64,000 bases of DNA from an uncultured Acidimicrobiales bacterium (GCA_963764615.1 CAVXTF010000002.1:2016351-2080350), one strand, 5' to 3'. Counted from the stretch's first letter, positions 17,183 through 26,892 are shown. The notes: generated by a model from the letters alone, not told the origin. A program made the numbers and translations.

Positions 17183-18304
17183 GTGGCACGACAAGACGGG
17201 CAGCCTGGCGACGGCGAGGGCTCAACCGGTAACTCCGAGAGCACGACCTCAGGCGAACGCCCCCGGCTGACGGTGGGACAGAAGATCCTGGTGGCGCTCC
17301 CGGATCTCGGTCGCAACAAGCGAAGCAGCCGGACCGAGAATGCTCCCGTTTCCACCGGAGCCCAGACCAAGGCACGACCCGGTCCACAACCCTCCAAACC
17401 ACGCTCCTCGAGCACCACTCCAAAGCCACGGTCGACCACTGCCGCCAAGTCGGACAAGTCGGAGAGCAGCTCTGACCCGTCGGGCGGTGAGCTCCCCGGC
17501 GACACGGTCCACGAGGCCGACGGTGTGGACGTCACCCGAGCGCAAGACCCCGACGAGCTCGACGACGACCTCCACGCCGATGATCAGGAGGTCGCCGGAC
17601 CGGCGGCCAGGCCCACGTCGCTTGTCAGTCTCCTCAGAGGTGGCGGAACGCAGAAGCGCTCGGGGGCCGCCGCGTACGACGACATGAAGACGAGCGAGCT
17701 CACGACTCTGATGCGCAAGCTCGACGACAAAGAACGTCGCTTCGCCATGGCGGCCGCGCCTCTCGGCGCGGTTCTCGCACTGGTCCTCACCATCATCACG
17801 TTGAAGCACGACCCGGTGGGCAAGGGTCACGAAGCCACGAGCGTGATCACGCTTGACGGCATCCTCAGCGTCGTCTTCGCAGCCTGCGTCTTCGCCACAG
17901 CATGGTTCCGGCGCCGTTCCCTCACCGCGTTCGCACTTCTGTTCCTCGGCTACAGCCTGGGGCTAATCGGCATCGGGATCCCGTTCCTCATCCTTGGCGG
18001 CTACCTGTTGTTCAGAGCGTGGCGCATACAGAAGGTCCTCACATCACGCGGCGTGAACACAAGGACGAGATCACCCGCCAAGTCACCCGCAGAGCGAGGT
18101 GCATCTCGCAACCAGCCCCGCAGTCAGAAGGCCGGCCAAGGCACGAAAGGCGGAGGCTCGCGCCCCGTGCAGAACAAGAGGTACACGCCGCCCAAGCCGG
18201 CCCCCCGCCAGCCGGCCGTCACGAAGGCCGAGCGTGCGGCAAAACCCGAGAAGTCGTCCTGGTTCGAACGAGCGACCCGATCCACGCCCGCAGAGCCTTC
18301 CTGA
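17183..18304 (+). CDS. Membrane protein with long disordered basic/Ser-Pro-rich termini
   Basis: 373-aa ORF. The central region has 3-4 predicted TM helices (AAPLGAVLALVLTIITL, ILSVVFAACVFATAWF, FALLFLGYSLGLIGIGIPFLILGGYLLF). I recognise no family and the start is uncertain. Confidence 0.55.
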   Translation: MARQDGQPGDGEGSTGNSESTTSGERPRLTVGQKILVALPDLGRNKRSSRTENAPVSTGAQTKARPGPQPSKPRSSSTTPKPRSTTAAKSDKSESSSDPSGGELPGDTVHEADGVDVTRAQDPDELDDDLHADDQEVAGPAARPTSLVSLLRGGGTQKRSGAAAYDDMKTSELTTLMRKLDDKERRFAMAAAPLGAVLALVLTIITLKHDPVGKGHEATSVITLDGILSVVFAACVFATAWFRRRSLTAFALLFLGYSLGLIGIGIPFLILGGYLLFRAWRIQKVLTSRGVNTRTRSPAKSPAERGASRNQPRSQKAGQGTKGGGSRPVQNKRYTPPKPAPRQPAVTKAERAAKPEKSSWFERATRSTPAEPS

Positions 18305-18345
18305 CGTCTTAGTGACAATCCCGGTGCTCCGTCCGGGCGCGGAGA

Positions 18346-18954
18346 CTAGGGACCGACGACGAGAGCCGTCTCCAGGAACGCAAGAATCTCGGACCGGCGC
18401 CGCACGAGCGACCGTGCGGTCGGCTCCTCGCCCAGAGCCTTCAGTACCTCCACCTCGGTCACCATGCCGACCACCATCGAGTAGATGGCGAGCAAGAGGA
18501 GCCTGGGCTCGTGCCTGCGCATGTGGCCAGCGGCCATCTCCGCTTCGAGGAACGCCGACGCCCGCTGGACGAGAGGATCGAGGGCCTCCACGAGTCGGGT
18601 GGCGGCCGGCGGGCCCAGCCGACTGACCTCGCGCAGAAGGCCGAGCAGCTCAGGCCGTCGGGCCGCCAATCGGAACACGGACCTGACCACCGCCTCGACT
18701 CTCGGCCAACCGGTGCCCGCGCGGTCCAACGATCTTTCGAGCGTGTCTCTGAGCTCCCCTGCCGAACGGTCGATGACGGCCTCGAGCAGGGCCTCTTTGG
18801 AGGGGAACCAGTACAGGATCGACTGTTTGCGCATCCCAAGGCCTTCGGCCAGAGCGTCTAGGGAGGTCGCTTCGTAGCCCCGCGAGGCGAAGGAGGCGAG
18901 AGACGCATCGAGGATGCGCTCCGAAGTGCTCGTGCCCTTGCTCGTGACAACCAC
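18346..18954 (-). CDS. TetR/AcrR family transcriptional regulator
   Basis: ERILDASLASFASRGYEATSLDALAEGLGMRKQSILYWFPSKEALL is the canonical TetR N-terminal HTH. Confidence 0.9.
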   Translation of the reverse strand: MVVTSKGTSTSERILDASLASFASRGYEATSLDALAEGLGMRKQSILYWFPSKEALLEAVIDRSAGELRDTLERSLDRAGTGWPRVEAVVRSVFRLAARRPELLGLLREVSRLGPPAATRLVEALDPLVQRASAFLEAEMAAGHMRRHEPRLLLLAIYSMVVGMVTEVEVLKALGEEPTARSLVRRRSEILAFLETALVVGP

Positions 18955-18992
18955 CTACCGAATGGTAGACGAATCTGCCTACCGTGTGGTAG
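18955..18992. promoter_or_regulatory. Two tandem palindromic operators CTACC-N4-GGTAG (probable TetR binding sites)
   Basis: CTACCGAATGGTAG lies at 18955-18968 and CTACCGTGTGGTAG at 18979-18992. They are followed by ACGAATCT and ACAAATCT respectively. Together they occupy most of the 47-bp divergent intergenic region. Confidence 0.6.
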
Positions 18993-19001
18993 ACAAATCT
19001 C

Positions 19002-21452
19002 GTGGGCGAGGTCTCTCCACCCGTATCGATCGCCGACGCCCTGTCGGGGCGGCAGATATTCGTGACCGGAGCCACCGGGTTCCTAGGCACGGCCCTGGTC
19101 GAACGATTGCTCAGATCGGTGCCCGGGTGCCGGGTGGCCGTGCTCGTCCGGCCGACGCGCCGTATGGCTGCAGAAGAGCGGGCCAAGCGCGAGATCGTCC
19201 GCAACGACTGTTTCGACCGCCTCCGGCAGGAGGCCGGCGAAGGCTTCGACCAGATGATCGCGAGCCGGCTGACTGCTGTAGCGGGCGATGTGTCGACAGA
19301 GGGCCTCGGGCTCGACGACGCCGGCGCAGAGGTGCTCGCCGCTTCTGACATCGTGGTCCACTCCGCGGCGGCCGTCGCGTTCGACGCGCCTCTCGACACG
19401 GCTGTCGAGGTGAACCTGCTCGGACCATCACGGGTTGCCGCAGCGATCCGTAACGCGGCCGAGCGTCGCGAAGAGGCACATCCCGGACGGCCTCCCACCC
19501 ACCTCATAACTGTTTCGACCGCCTACGTGGCAGGAACGCATCAGGGCTACGCCACCGAGACGCTTGCCACCGACGCGATGCGCTCCGGGGCCCGCGCCAG
19601 GACGCATACCACCGTCACGACCGAAGTCGACATCGACGCCGAGATCGCAGCTGCCAGGCGCCTGCGCGGAGATCTCGAAGCCGCGTCTCGCAGTCCCGGC
19701 AAGCTCACGAAATTCACGAAGCGAGCCAGGAGCGAGCTCGGAGGCGCCGGCACCCACCTGTTGGCTGAGCGCGCCGAGCGGTTGCGCGAGGAGTGGGTGC
19801 GTTCTGAGCTCGTCGAAGCGGGACGCGCCAGAGCACAGGCGCTCGGCTGGCCGGACGCTTACGCCTTCACCAAGGCGCTCGGCGAGCGGGTTCTCGTCAC
19901 CCGTTACCCGGATCTGCCGACGACCGTCGTGCGCCCTTCGATCATCGAGTCGGCACTCGCAGAGCCAAGGCCCGGTTGGATCAGGGGCTTCCGGATGGCC
20001 GAGCCGATCATCATCTCGTACGCGAGAGGGCTCCTTAAGGAGTTCCCCGGCATTCCCGAGGGCGTGACCGACGTGGTCCCCGTCGACATGGTCGCAGCCG
20101 CGATCATCGCTTGCGCGGCGGCGGGGCCCGACCCGGACAAGACGCGCGTCGTCCATGTCGCTTCAGGCGTCTGCAATCCCCTGCGCTACGGGCGCCTCGT
20201 CGAGCTGGTCCAGTCATGGTTCACGGACCATCCGATCTACGACAGCGACGGCCAGCCCATAGTCGTGCCGGACTGGTCCTTCCCCGGGCGCGGACGCGTC
20301 CAACGGCAGCTTGCGCGTGCCAACTTGGCGCTCGGCATCGCAGAGAGACTGCTCGGATCGCTACCGGTGCGAGGAGAGCGCGCCGACCTCGCTGCTCGCG
20401 TCGAAGAGCGTCGGGCTCTCGCCGAGCGCGCTCTCGGTTACGTCCAGCTGTACGGGGCGTACACCGAGACCGAGGCACTGTTCCGGGTCGACCGGCTGCT
20501 CGAGCTCTGGGACGCCTTGAGCGCCGAGGACCGCGAGCTGTTCTGCTTCGACCCGGGCGTCATCGACTGGGCCAGGTATGTGCACGAGATCCACCTTCCT
20601 TCGGTGATCGAGCACGCACGTGTTCGCACGACCTCCACGCGGTCACGCATGGCCGGGCGTTCCGAGCGGGCATCTCGTGCGATCCTGTCACCTGAGCGCC
20701 ACCTTGCCGCGTTCGACCTGGAGAACACCCTCGTCGCCTCGAACGTCGTCGAGTCCTACGCATGGCTCGCAACCCGTCACCTCCCCCTCGCCGACCGGGC
20801 CCGGGTGACCGCGAGGATCTTGCGCCAGGCCCCAGGTCTCCTGGCACTGGACCGTCGGGACCGGGGAGACTTCCTGCGCAGCTTCTACCGCCACTACGAG
20901 GGCGCACCGCAGGAGCTTCTGCAACAAGACTCCAAGGAGCTGTTCCACGACCTGTTGCTCACGCGATCCTTCCCTGCGGGGATCGCCCGCGTCAGGCGCC
21001 ACAAGGCGCTCGGGCACCGCACCGTTCTCATAACGGGCGCTCTCGATTTCGTGGTCGAGCCGATGAGACCCCTGTTCGACGAGGTCGTCTGCGCCCGGCT
21101 CGCCAGCGACGCCGACGGGCTCCTCACGGGTCGCCTCGACAAGCTGCCACCGACCGGTGAAGCGCGCGCCCTCATCCTCGCCGAGTACGCCGCAGCGGAA
21201 GGCCTTGATCTCGGGGAGTCGATCGCCTACGCCGACTCGGCATCGGACCTGCCGCTTTTGGAATGCGTTGGATTCCCCGTCGCGGTCAACCCCGAAGCGA
21301 AGCTCGCCGCCATCGCCCGGCGCAGGGGCTGGCACACGGAGCACTGGGCATCCGCCGGCAGCGGGTCGCGCCCGTTGCTGCCTATGGGCCCAATGGACGC
21401 CGGGGCCTCGCGTTGGTGGGAGCGGATCGACATAACGAGAAGTGTGCGATGA
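19002..21452 (+). CDS. Fatty acyl-CoA/ACP reductase (NAD_binding_4 SDR) fused to HAD-IB family hydrolase
   Basis: The N-terminus has IFVTGATGFLGTALVERLL and YAFTK (YxxxK). The C-terminal half has LAAFDLENTLVASNVVESY.. and ..YADSASDLPLLECVGFPVAVNP, the HAD-IB motifs. Motif I reads D-x-E rather than D-x-D. Confidence 0.9.
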   Translation: MGEVSPPVSIADALSGRQIFVTGATGFLGTALVERLLRSVPGCRVAVLVRPTRRMAAEERAKREIVRNDCFDRLRQEAGEGFDQMIASRLTAVAGDVSTEGLGLDDAGAEVLAASDIVVHSAAAVAFDAPLDTAVEVNLLGPSRVAAAIRNAAERREEAHPGRPPTHLITVSTAYVAGTHQGYATETLATDAMRSGARARTHTTVTTEVDIDAEIAAARRLRGDLEAASRSPGKLTKFTKRARSELGGAGTHLLAERAERLREEWVRSELVEAGRARAQALGWPDAYAFTKALGERVLVTRYPDLPTTVVRPSIIESALAEPRPGWIRGFRMAEPIIISYARGLLKEFPGIPEGVTDVVPVDMVAAAIIACAAAGPDPDKTRVVHVASGVCNPLRYGRLVELVQSWFTDHPIYDSDGQPIVVPDWSFPGRGRVQRQLARANLALGIAERLLGSLPVRGERADLAARVEERRALAERALGYVQLYGAYTETEALFRVDRLLELWDALSAEDRELFCFDPGVIDWARYVHEIHLPSVIEHARVRTTSTRSRMAGRSERASRAILSPERHLAAFDLENTLVASNVVESYAWLATRHLPLADRARVTARILRQAPGLLALDRRDRGDFLRSFYRHYEGAPQELLQQDSKELFHDLLLTRSFPAGIARVRRHKALGHRTVLITGALDFVVEPMRPLFDEVVCARLASDADGLLTGRLDKLPPTGEARALILAEYAAAEGLDLGESIAYADSASDLPLLECVGFPVAVNPEAKLAAIARRRGWHTEHWASAGSGSRPLLPMGPMDAGASRWWERIDITRSVR

Positions 21453-22738
21453 AGGCACTCTTGCTCGAGCGCAGCGTGGCCAGATTCGCAGCGGCGCGTG
21501 TGGTGTCCACGATCTCCGGCTCGGGCAGCGCGGCGCGCGTCGGCCCGCTTCGACTGGTCGACGCAGAGGCCCCCGAACTGCCGGGACCCGGCTGGCACCG
21601 GGTCGACGTGCTACTGGCCGGGATATGCGGCTCTGACCTCGCCACTCTCGACGGCCGGAGCTCGCGGTACTTCGAGGATCTCGTCAGCTTCCCCTTCGTT
21701 CCGGGTCACGAGATTCTGGGTGTCGTATCGGACGAGGGAGACGGTCCGCACCGCGTCGTTGTCGAGCCGGCGATCGGCTGCGTGGCTCGCTCGATCTCAC
21801 CTCCGTGCCCTCCGTGTGCCGAGGGACGGACCGGTGGATGTGAGCGTGTGGCGTTCGGCCACATCTCCGCCGGGCTGCAGATCGGATACTGCGCCGACAC
21901 AGGTGGCGGGTGGTCCTCGTCCGGCCTGGTCGCGCACGAATCGCAACTGCACCCTGTTCCGGACGCCATGACAGACGAAGACGCAGTAATGGTCGAGCCC
22001 GCCTCGTGCGCGATACATGCCGCTATGGCTGCAGAGGCCGATACGGACTGCGTGGTCGCCGTGCTCGGTGCGGGCACGCTCGGACTCGCCACGATCGCTG
22101 CCCTGCGTTCGCTCACTCCCCCTGGCACCCTTATCGCGGCCGCGCGCTACCCGCACCAGAGACGGCTCGCCACGCAGCTCGGTGCCGACGTATCGGTGCG
22201 GGATGACGAGCTCGCACGCGCCGTGCGCAGGCGGACGCGCTCTTTGGAGACGAGCGCGGGCCTCACCGCGGGAGCCGACGCCGTCGTGGACTGTGTCGGC
22301 TCCGCCGATTCGCTCGCTCAGGCGCTCGCTGTCGTGAAACCGAGGGGCCGGGTGGTCCTGGCGGGCATGCCGGGGACTATCTCTTTCGACCTCGCCGGTC
22401 TCTGGCACCGCGAGGTCGCCCTCGTCGGCGCATATGCATACGGGATCGAGCATCCTGCCACAGGCGGATCCCCCCGGACGTTCGATCTCGCCTTCGACAT
22501 GGTCCGAGGCGCCGGGCTCGGACGCCTCGTCTCGGCCACGTACCCGCTCGAACGCTTCGAAGAGGCGATCGCGCATGCCGGAGCGGCGGGCAGGCGCGGT
22601 GCCGTGAAGATCGCATTCGACATGCGCAACACGCGCCGCGACCGCTGGCGACGCGCAGGTCAGATCGCGACCGAACGCGTCGTGACAAACGGACAGGGCG
22701 CACACCCGACCGACAACGAGAAAGGACAGCCTCAATGA
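21449..22738 (+). CDS. Zinc-dependent alcohol dehydrogenase (MDR family)
   Basis: MKALLLER.., GICGSD, PGHE, the structural-Zn cluster CPPCAEGRTGGC, and a GAGTLG Rossmann motif are present. The ATG at 21449 overlaps the upstream TGA (ATGA). Confidence 0.85.
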   Translation: MKALLLERSVARFAAARVVSTISGSGSAARVGPLRLVDAEAPELPGPGWHRVDVLLAGICGSDLATLDGRSSRYFEDLVSFPFVPGHEILGVVSDEGDGPHRVVVEPAIGCVARSISPPCPPCAEGRTGGCERVAFGHISAGLQIGYCADTGGGWSSSGLVAHESQLHPVPDAMTDEDAVMVEPASCAIHAAMAAEADTDCVVAVLGAGTLGLATIAALRSLTPPGTLIAAARYPHQRRLATQLGADVSVRDDELARAVRRRTRSLETSAGLTAGADAVVDCVGSADSLAQALAVVKPRGRVVLAGMPGTISFDLAGLWHREVALVGAYAYGIEHPATGGSPRTFDLAFDMVRGAGLGRLVSATYPLERFEEAIAHAGAAGRRGAVKIAFDMRNTRRDRWRRAGQIATERVVTNGQGAHPTDNEKGQPQ

Positions 22739-24327
22739 GCCCGAGGCCGGGTTTCGTGCTGGACGTCGACCGTTCCACCCCTCCGACGCTCTTCTGGCAC
22801 GGAGAGGGCTACCGCCTCGAGAGCTTGCCCGCAGACCGCAGCCGGGTGGTCTACGCGCCCGAGCCGCTGGAGGGCCTCGGCGATCCGGTGACAGCGATCC
22901 GCAACGCGCTCGAGCAGCCCGTAGGCGATTCGGCGCCTCTGTCCGAGCTGCTGTTCGCGGGAATGAAGCTCACCATCGCGTTCGACGACATATCGCTGCC
23001 GCTCCCCCCGATGCAACGTCCCGACGTGCGGGAGCTCGTCATCGAGCAGGTGCTCGACATGGCGGCCGCTGCCGGTGTCGACGACGTGGTCCTCGTCGCC
23101 GCGCTCGCGCTGCACCGCAGGATGACCGAGGCCGAGCTCCGCCATGCCCTCGGAGACCGGATCTACGACGCTTTTGCACCGGAGGGCCTTCTCACCCAGC
23201 ACGACGCCGAGGACCCGGACAACCTGATCCACCTGGGCGCCACGGAGCTGGGCGAGGACGTGGAGCTGAACAAGCGCGCAGCCACCTCCGACCTGCTCGT
23301 CTACGTGAACATCAATCTCGTCGCGATGGACGGAGGCCACAAAAGCGTCGCGACGGGCCTGGCGAGCTACCGGAGCCTGCGACACCACCACAATGCCCGC
23401 ACGATGCAGGCATCGCGCAGCTTCATGGATCAGCACCGATCCGAACTGCACTCATCGAACTGGCGAATGGGCAGACTCATCGCGGAGTCGGGCGTGAAGA
23501 TCTTCCAGATCGAGACGACCCTGAACACCAACACCTTTCCTGACCAATTCCGCTTCCTGCAACGCCGCGAATGGGAATGGACGCTTTCGGACAGGGCCGC
23601 CTTCGCGACTTCGTCCGCCGCACTGCGTCGCGCGCCCGCGCGCCTCGCCCGCCAGGTGATGCACTCCGTGCGTGCACCACAGCGCATGACGTCGGTGCAG
23701 GCAGGCGAGGTCGAAGCAGTTCACAAGCTGACCACAGACAACGTGTATGCGCAGCAGCTCGTCGTCGTAGAGGGACAGACCGATGTGCTCACGATGGGAC
23801 TTCCGTACATCTGCCCGTACAACGTGAACTCGATCATGAATCCCATTCTCGTCGCATGCCTCGGTCTCGGGTACTTCTTCAATCTCTACCGGGGCGGACG
23901 ACCCTTGGTGCGCGAGGGCGGCGTCCTCATCGTTTCGCACCCGACGCCCTGGGCGTTCCACCCGGGCCATCATCCGAGCTACATCGACTTCTTCGAAGAA
24001 GTGCTCTCGGAGTCCACCGATCCTGTCGAGATCGAGCGATACGAGCAGGCTTACGCGACAGACCCGTGGTACGTCCACCTGTACCGGACGGGCAATGCGT
24101 ACCACGGGGTGCATCCGTTCTACATGTGGTACTGGTGCGCCCACGCCTTGCAGCACCTCGGCGGCGTCATCGTCGTCGGAGGCGACCGCCAGGCCGTGCG
24201 CCGGCTCGGTTTCAAACCGGCGTCGACCCTCGCCGACGCGCTCGAGATGGCCGAGGACGTCGTTGGACGCGAGCCCACGATCACCCACCTGCACGCCCCG
24301 CCCATCCTGCTCGCGGAAGTCCAATGA
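22735..24327 (+). CDS. LarA-like (lactate racemase N-terminal, DUF2088) domain protein
   Basis: KLTIAFDDISLPLP..VVLVAALALHRRMTEAELRHALG..QHDAEDPDNLIHLGATELGEDVELN..DGGHKSV matches the LarA N-domain layout. It has ATGA overlaps at both ends. Confidence 0.75.
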   Translation: MSPRPGFVLDVDRSTPPTLFWHGEGYRLESLPADRSRVVYAPEPLEGLGDPVTAIRNALEQPVGDSAPLSELLFAGMKLTIAFDDISLPLPPMQRPDVRELVIEQVLDMAAAAGVDDVVLVAALALHRRMTEAELRHALGDRIYDAFAPEGLLTQHDAEDPDNLIHLGATELGEDVELNKRAATSDLLVYVNINLVAMDGGHKSVATGLASYRSLRHHHNARTMQASRSFMDQHRSELHSSNWRMGRLIAESGVKIFQIETTLNTNTFPDQFRFLQRREWEWTLSDRAAFATSSAALRRAPARLARQVMHSVRAPQRMTSVQAGEVEAVHKLTTDNVYAQQLVVVEGQTDVLTMGLPYICPYNVNSIMNPILVACLGLGYFFNLYRGGRPLVREGGVLIVSHPTPWAFHPGHHPSYIDFFEEVLSESTDPVEIERYEQAYATDPWYVHLYRTGNAYHGVHPFYMWYWCAHALQHLGGVIVVGGDRQAVRRLGFKPASTLADALEMAEDVVGREPTITHLHAPPILLAEVQ

Positions 24328-25286
24328 GCCCACCTGACCCCGCAGGAGCGTTCCACGCGCTTGCTCGCAGGTACAGGTCGCTCGGGCTGCCGTGGCGGCA
24401 GCCGGAATGGCCGGGGGGAATCGACCGCGACGCACCGGAACGCGATCTCGGCGTGGACTACGACACCGCCTGGGCACGCAGATACCCCGTGCGCCTTGCA
24501 CGAGCCGTCGTCGTCGACAACGTCACCCGCCCGCTCGCACATTGGGTCGCGTCCCCTGAAGTGCGCGGCGACGAGCTTCTGTCCCTTGCGGAGGCCCCCG
24601 TCATCCTTGTGGCAAACCACACGAGCCATCTCGACACAGCGCTGCTCGTGTCGGTGCTGCCGAAGCGCCTGCGGCACTCCACGATCGTCGCGGGTGCCGC
24701 GGACTACTTCTTCGACCGCCGCTGGAAGGCGCACATGTGGGCATTCCTGACGGCGGCCATCCCCATCGAACGCCAGAAGGTAAACCGCAAGTCTGCTGAC
24801 CTCGCAGCTGAGATGTTGGAGGGGGGATGGAACCTGCTCATCTACCCGGAAGGGGGCCGGAGTCCCGACGGTTGGATGCAGACGTTCCGCCCTGGTGCCG
24901 CATACCTTGCTGTACGCACAGGCAGGCCCGTCGTTCCAGTGCATCTGGATGGCACGTTCAGGGTCATGGCGCGCGGCGGGAGCCGCATAAGCCGGTCACC
25001 CACGACCGTCACATTCGGCCTGCCCATCAGCCCCGTACCCGGCGAAGATGCGCGCAGCTTTGGCCGTCGCATAGAAGAGGCGGTTCACCTGCTCGCGAGC
25101 GAGCGCACCACCGATTGGTGGACGGCACGCAAGCTCGCTGCTCGAGGCCTGCCGTCGGGCGCCGGCGGTCCCGCCGGCGCGGCGTGGCGACGCTCCTGGG
25201 CGTTGGGGCCCTCGTCGCGCGAAAAGGGCATGCACGATGCGCGCGAGTGGGCTCTCGACCCCGACCGGGTGAAGCGCACTTCCTGA
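24324..25286 (+). CDS. Lysophospholipid / 1-acyl-sn-glycerol-3-phosphate acyltransferase family protein (PlsC-like)
   Basis: NHTSHLD (the HX4D motif), YPEGGRS and PVVPVHL acyltransferase motifs are present. The ATG at 24324 overlaps the upstream stop. Confidence 0.85.
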   Translation: MSPPDPAGAFHALARRYRSLGLPWRQPEWPGGIDRDAPERDLGVDYDTAWARRYPVRLARAVVVDNVTRPLAHWVASPEVRGDELLSLAEAPVILVANHTSHLDTALLVSVLPKRLRHSTIVAGAADYFFDRRWKAHMWAFLTAAIPIERQKVNRKSADLAAEMLEGGWNLLIYPEGGRSPDGWMQTFRPGAAYLAVRTGRPVVPVHLDGTFRVMARGGSRISRSPTTVTFGLPISPVPGEDARSFGRRIEEAVHLLASERTTDWWTARKLAARGLPSGAGGPAGAAWRRSWALGPSSREKGMHDAREWALDPDRVKRTS

Positions 25287-25293
25287 TCGGGCC

Positions 25294-26889
25294 TTAGGTC
25301 TGCTTGCCTCCGACCTCTGCGTCCGACGTCGGCCCGACGACTGGTACCGTTCCCGATCCCGGCGCGCCTTGGGGAGCGTCATCGCCCTTGGCGATGCCCG
25401 GTGCAGAGCCGTTTGCCGCGGCCGTAGGAGAGGACGCCGCTTCCACGGCTGAATCGTCGCCCACCTGGGCCACCTGCTGTGCAAGAGGGATGCGAACCCA
25501 GAACCTCGCTCCTTCGCCTTCGGGTGCCCCCACGCCTACCTGGCCTCCGTGGGCGCGCACGATCGTCTCTACTATCGCGAGGCCCAGCCCCTCTCCTCCC
25601 GTTGCCCTCGAACGCGACGGATCGGACCTGTAGAAGGGCTCGAAGATCCGGCTTCTCTCCTCTGGTGGGATACCAGGGCCGTGGTCGCGGACACCTATCA
25701 CCGCCGAACCGCCGTCGTGTCGCAAATCCACCTCGATGGGCGTACCGGACGGGGTGTGGCGCACCGCGTTCACCAGAAGATTGTCCACGACCTGCCGCAG
25801 TCGGTCGGCGTCGCCGGCGACGATCGCAGGCTCTGGCGCTTCCAGCTCGACCGATCGGTCCGGTTCGCGCACAGACACGTCTGCGACGGCCGATTCGAGG
25901 ACGGGACGCAGATCGACCTGCTCGTGAGCGAGGGGTCGTTCCCGGTCGAGGCGCGCGAGCACGAGAAGGTCTTCGACCAGGGAGCTCATGCGGTCTGCAT
26001 CCTGACGGATGTGGCGCATGGACATGGCGAGATCCTCGGGCCTGTCGCGAGTTCCCCTGTCGAACATCTCGGCGTAGCCGCGGATCGAGGTGAGAGGGGT
26101 ACGCAGCTCGTGCGAGGCATCGGCGAGGAACCGCCGCAGCCGATCTTCGGAGGCCTTCCGCGCGGCGAACGACTCTTCGATCTCCCCAAGCATGGCGTTC
26201 AATGCCATTCCGAGACGCCCGACCTCGGTGCCCGCGTCGCCCGTGGGAACCCTCTGCGTCAGGTCGCCTGCGGCGATCGCCCCTGCCGTGGTCGCCATCT
26301 CGTCGAGCGGACGAAGCCCGGCTTTCACGATCCACCATGCCACGGCACCGAGCATGATCAGCACACCACCGGAGACGAGCAACTCGACGAGGAGCAGCCG
26401 GCTCAAGGTCTGGTCCACCTCCGTGAGAGGGACAGCCACCACCAAGACGCCGGGCACGAAAGCCGGGCCAATCGGGTTCACGTCTTCTGCAATGGCGCGG
26501 TACGTAAGACCGCTCGAGCTCACCGCCGTGAAGATGACGGGGTTCTGTGAGGTCGAGACGGGCGGATCAGCGGGCAGAACGGGTGGGGGCGGTTGAGTGG
26601 AGGAAGTGAGCAGGAACCAGGCCGAGTAAGTCTGGCCGTTTCCTGCGCGCAGCTGCCCGAAGGTGCCGGCTGGCACGGAAGGCGGGTCCGTGGTGGTGCA
26701 CTGCAGGCTTCCCTGCGCGATGCATTGGCCCAGAGCGCGGTCGGCCTGCTGTGGCGAATTCTGCAGCTGCTGATCGAGACGGCTGACGAGGAAGCTCTCG
26801 AGCGATTTATAGGTGACTATCCCCGAGACCAGCAGACCGACGAGCACGATCCCCACGAGCACGATCAGAAGGCGCGTCCGGAGCGTCAC
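25294..26889 (-). CDS. Sensor histidine kinase (TM-HAMP-HisKA-HATPase)
   Basis: The H-box is FLADASHELRTPLTSIRGY. The N/G boxes are LLVNAVRHTP, VRDHGPGIP and GGEGLGLAIV. There are two TM segments and a HAMP domain. Confidence 0.9.
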   Translation of the reverse strand: MTLRTRLLIVLVGIVLVGLLVSGIVTYKSLESFLVSRLDQQLQNSPQQADRALGQCIAQGSLQCTTTDPPSVPAGTFGQLRAGNGQTYSAWFLLTSSTQPPPPVLPADPPVSTSQNPVIFTAVSSSGLTYRAIAEDVNPIGPAFVPGVLVVAVPLTEVDQTLSRLLLVELLVSGGVLIMLGAVAWWIVKAGLRPLDEMATTAGAIAAGDLTQRVPTGDAGTEVGRLGMALNAMLGEIEESFAARKASEDRLRRFLADASHELRTPLTSIRGYAEMFDRGTRDRPEDLAMSMRHIRQDADRMSSLVEDLLVLARLDRERPLAHEQVDLRPVLESAVADVSVREPDRSVELEAPEPAIVAGDADRLRQVVDNLLVNAVRHTPSGTPIEVDLRHDGGSAVIGVRDHGPGIPPEERSRIFEPFYRSDPSRSRATGGEGLGLAIVETIVRAHGGQVGVGAPEGEGARFWVRIPLAQQVAQVGDDSAVEAASSPTAAANGSAPGIAKGDDAPQGAPGSGTVPVVGPTSDAEVGGKQT

Positions 26890-26892
26890 CGC

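Noticed and set aside
15218-17535. Long alternative ORFs over the amidase locus (15218..16627 -, 16124..17074 +, and the 158-codon N-terminal extension of 15646..17535)
   Set aside because: They have extreme Arg/Gly/Ser/Pro bias and no motifs. The amidase-signature frame explains the region, and its extension overlaps the plausible start of the + strand membrane-protein gene.
22732-24501. 239-aa and 349-aa minus-strand ORFs opposite the LarA-like gene
   Set aside because: These are antisense shadows with R/G/V/H-rich composition. The plus frame carries the conserved LarA-like motifs and is translationally coupled to both neighbours.
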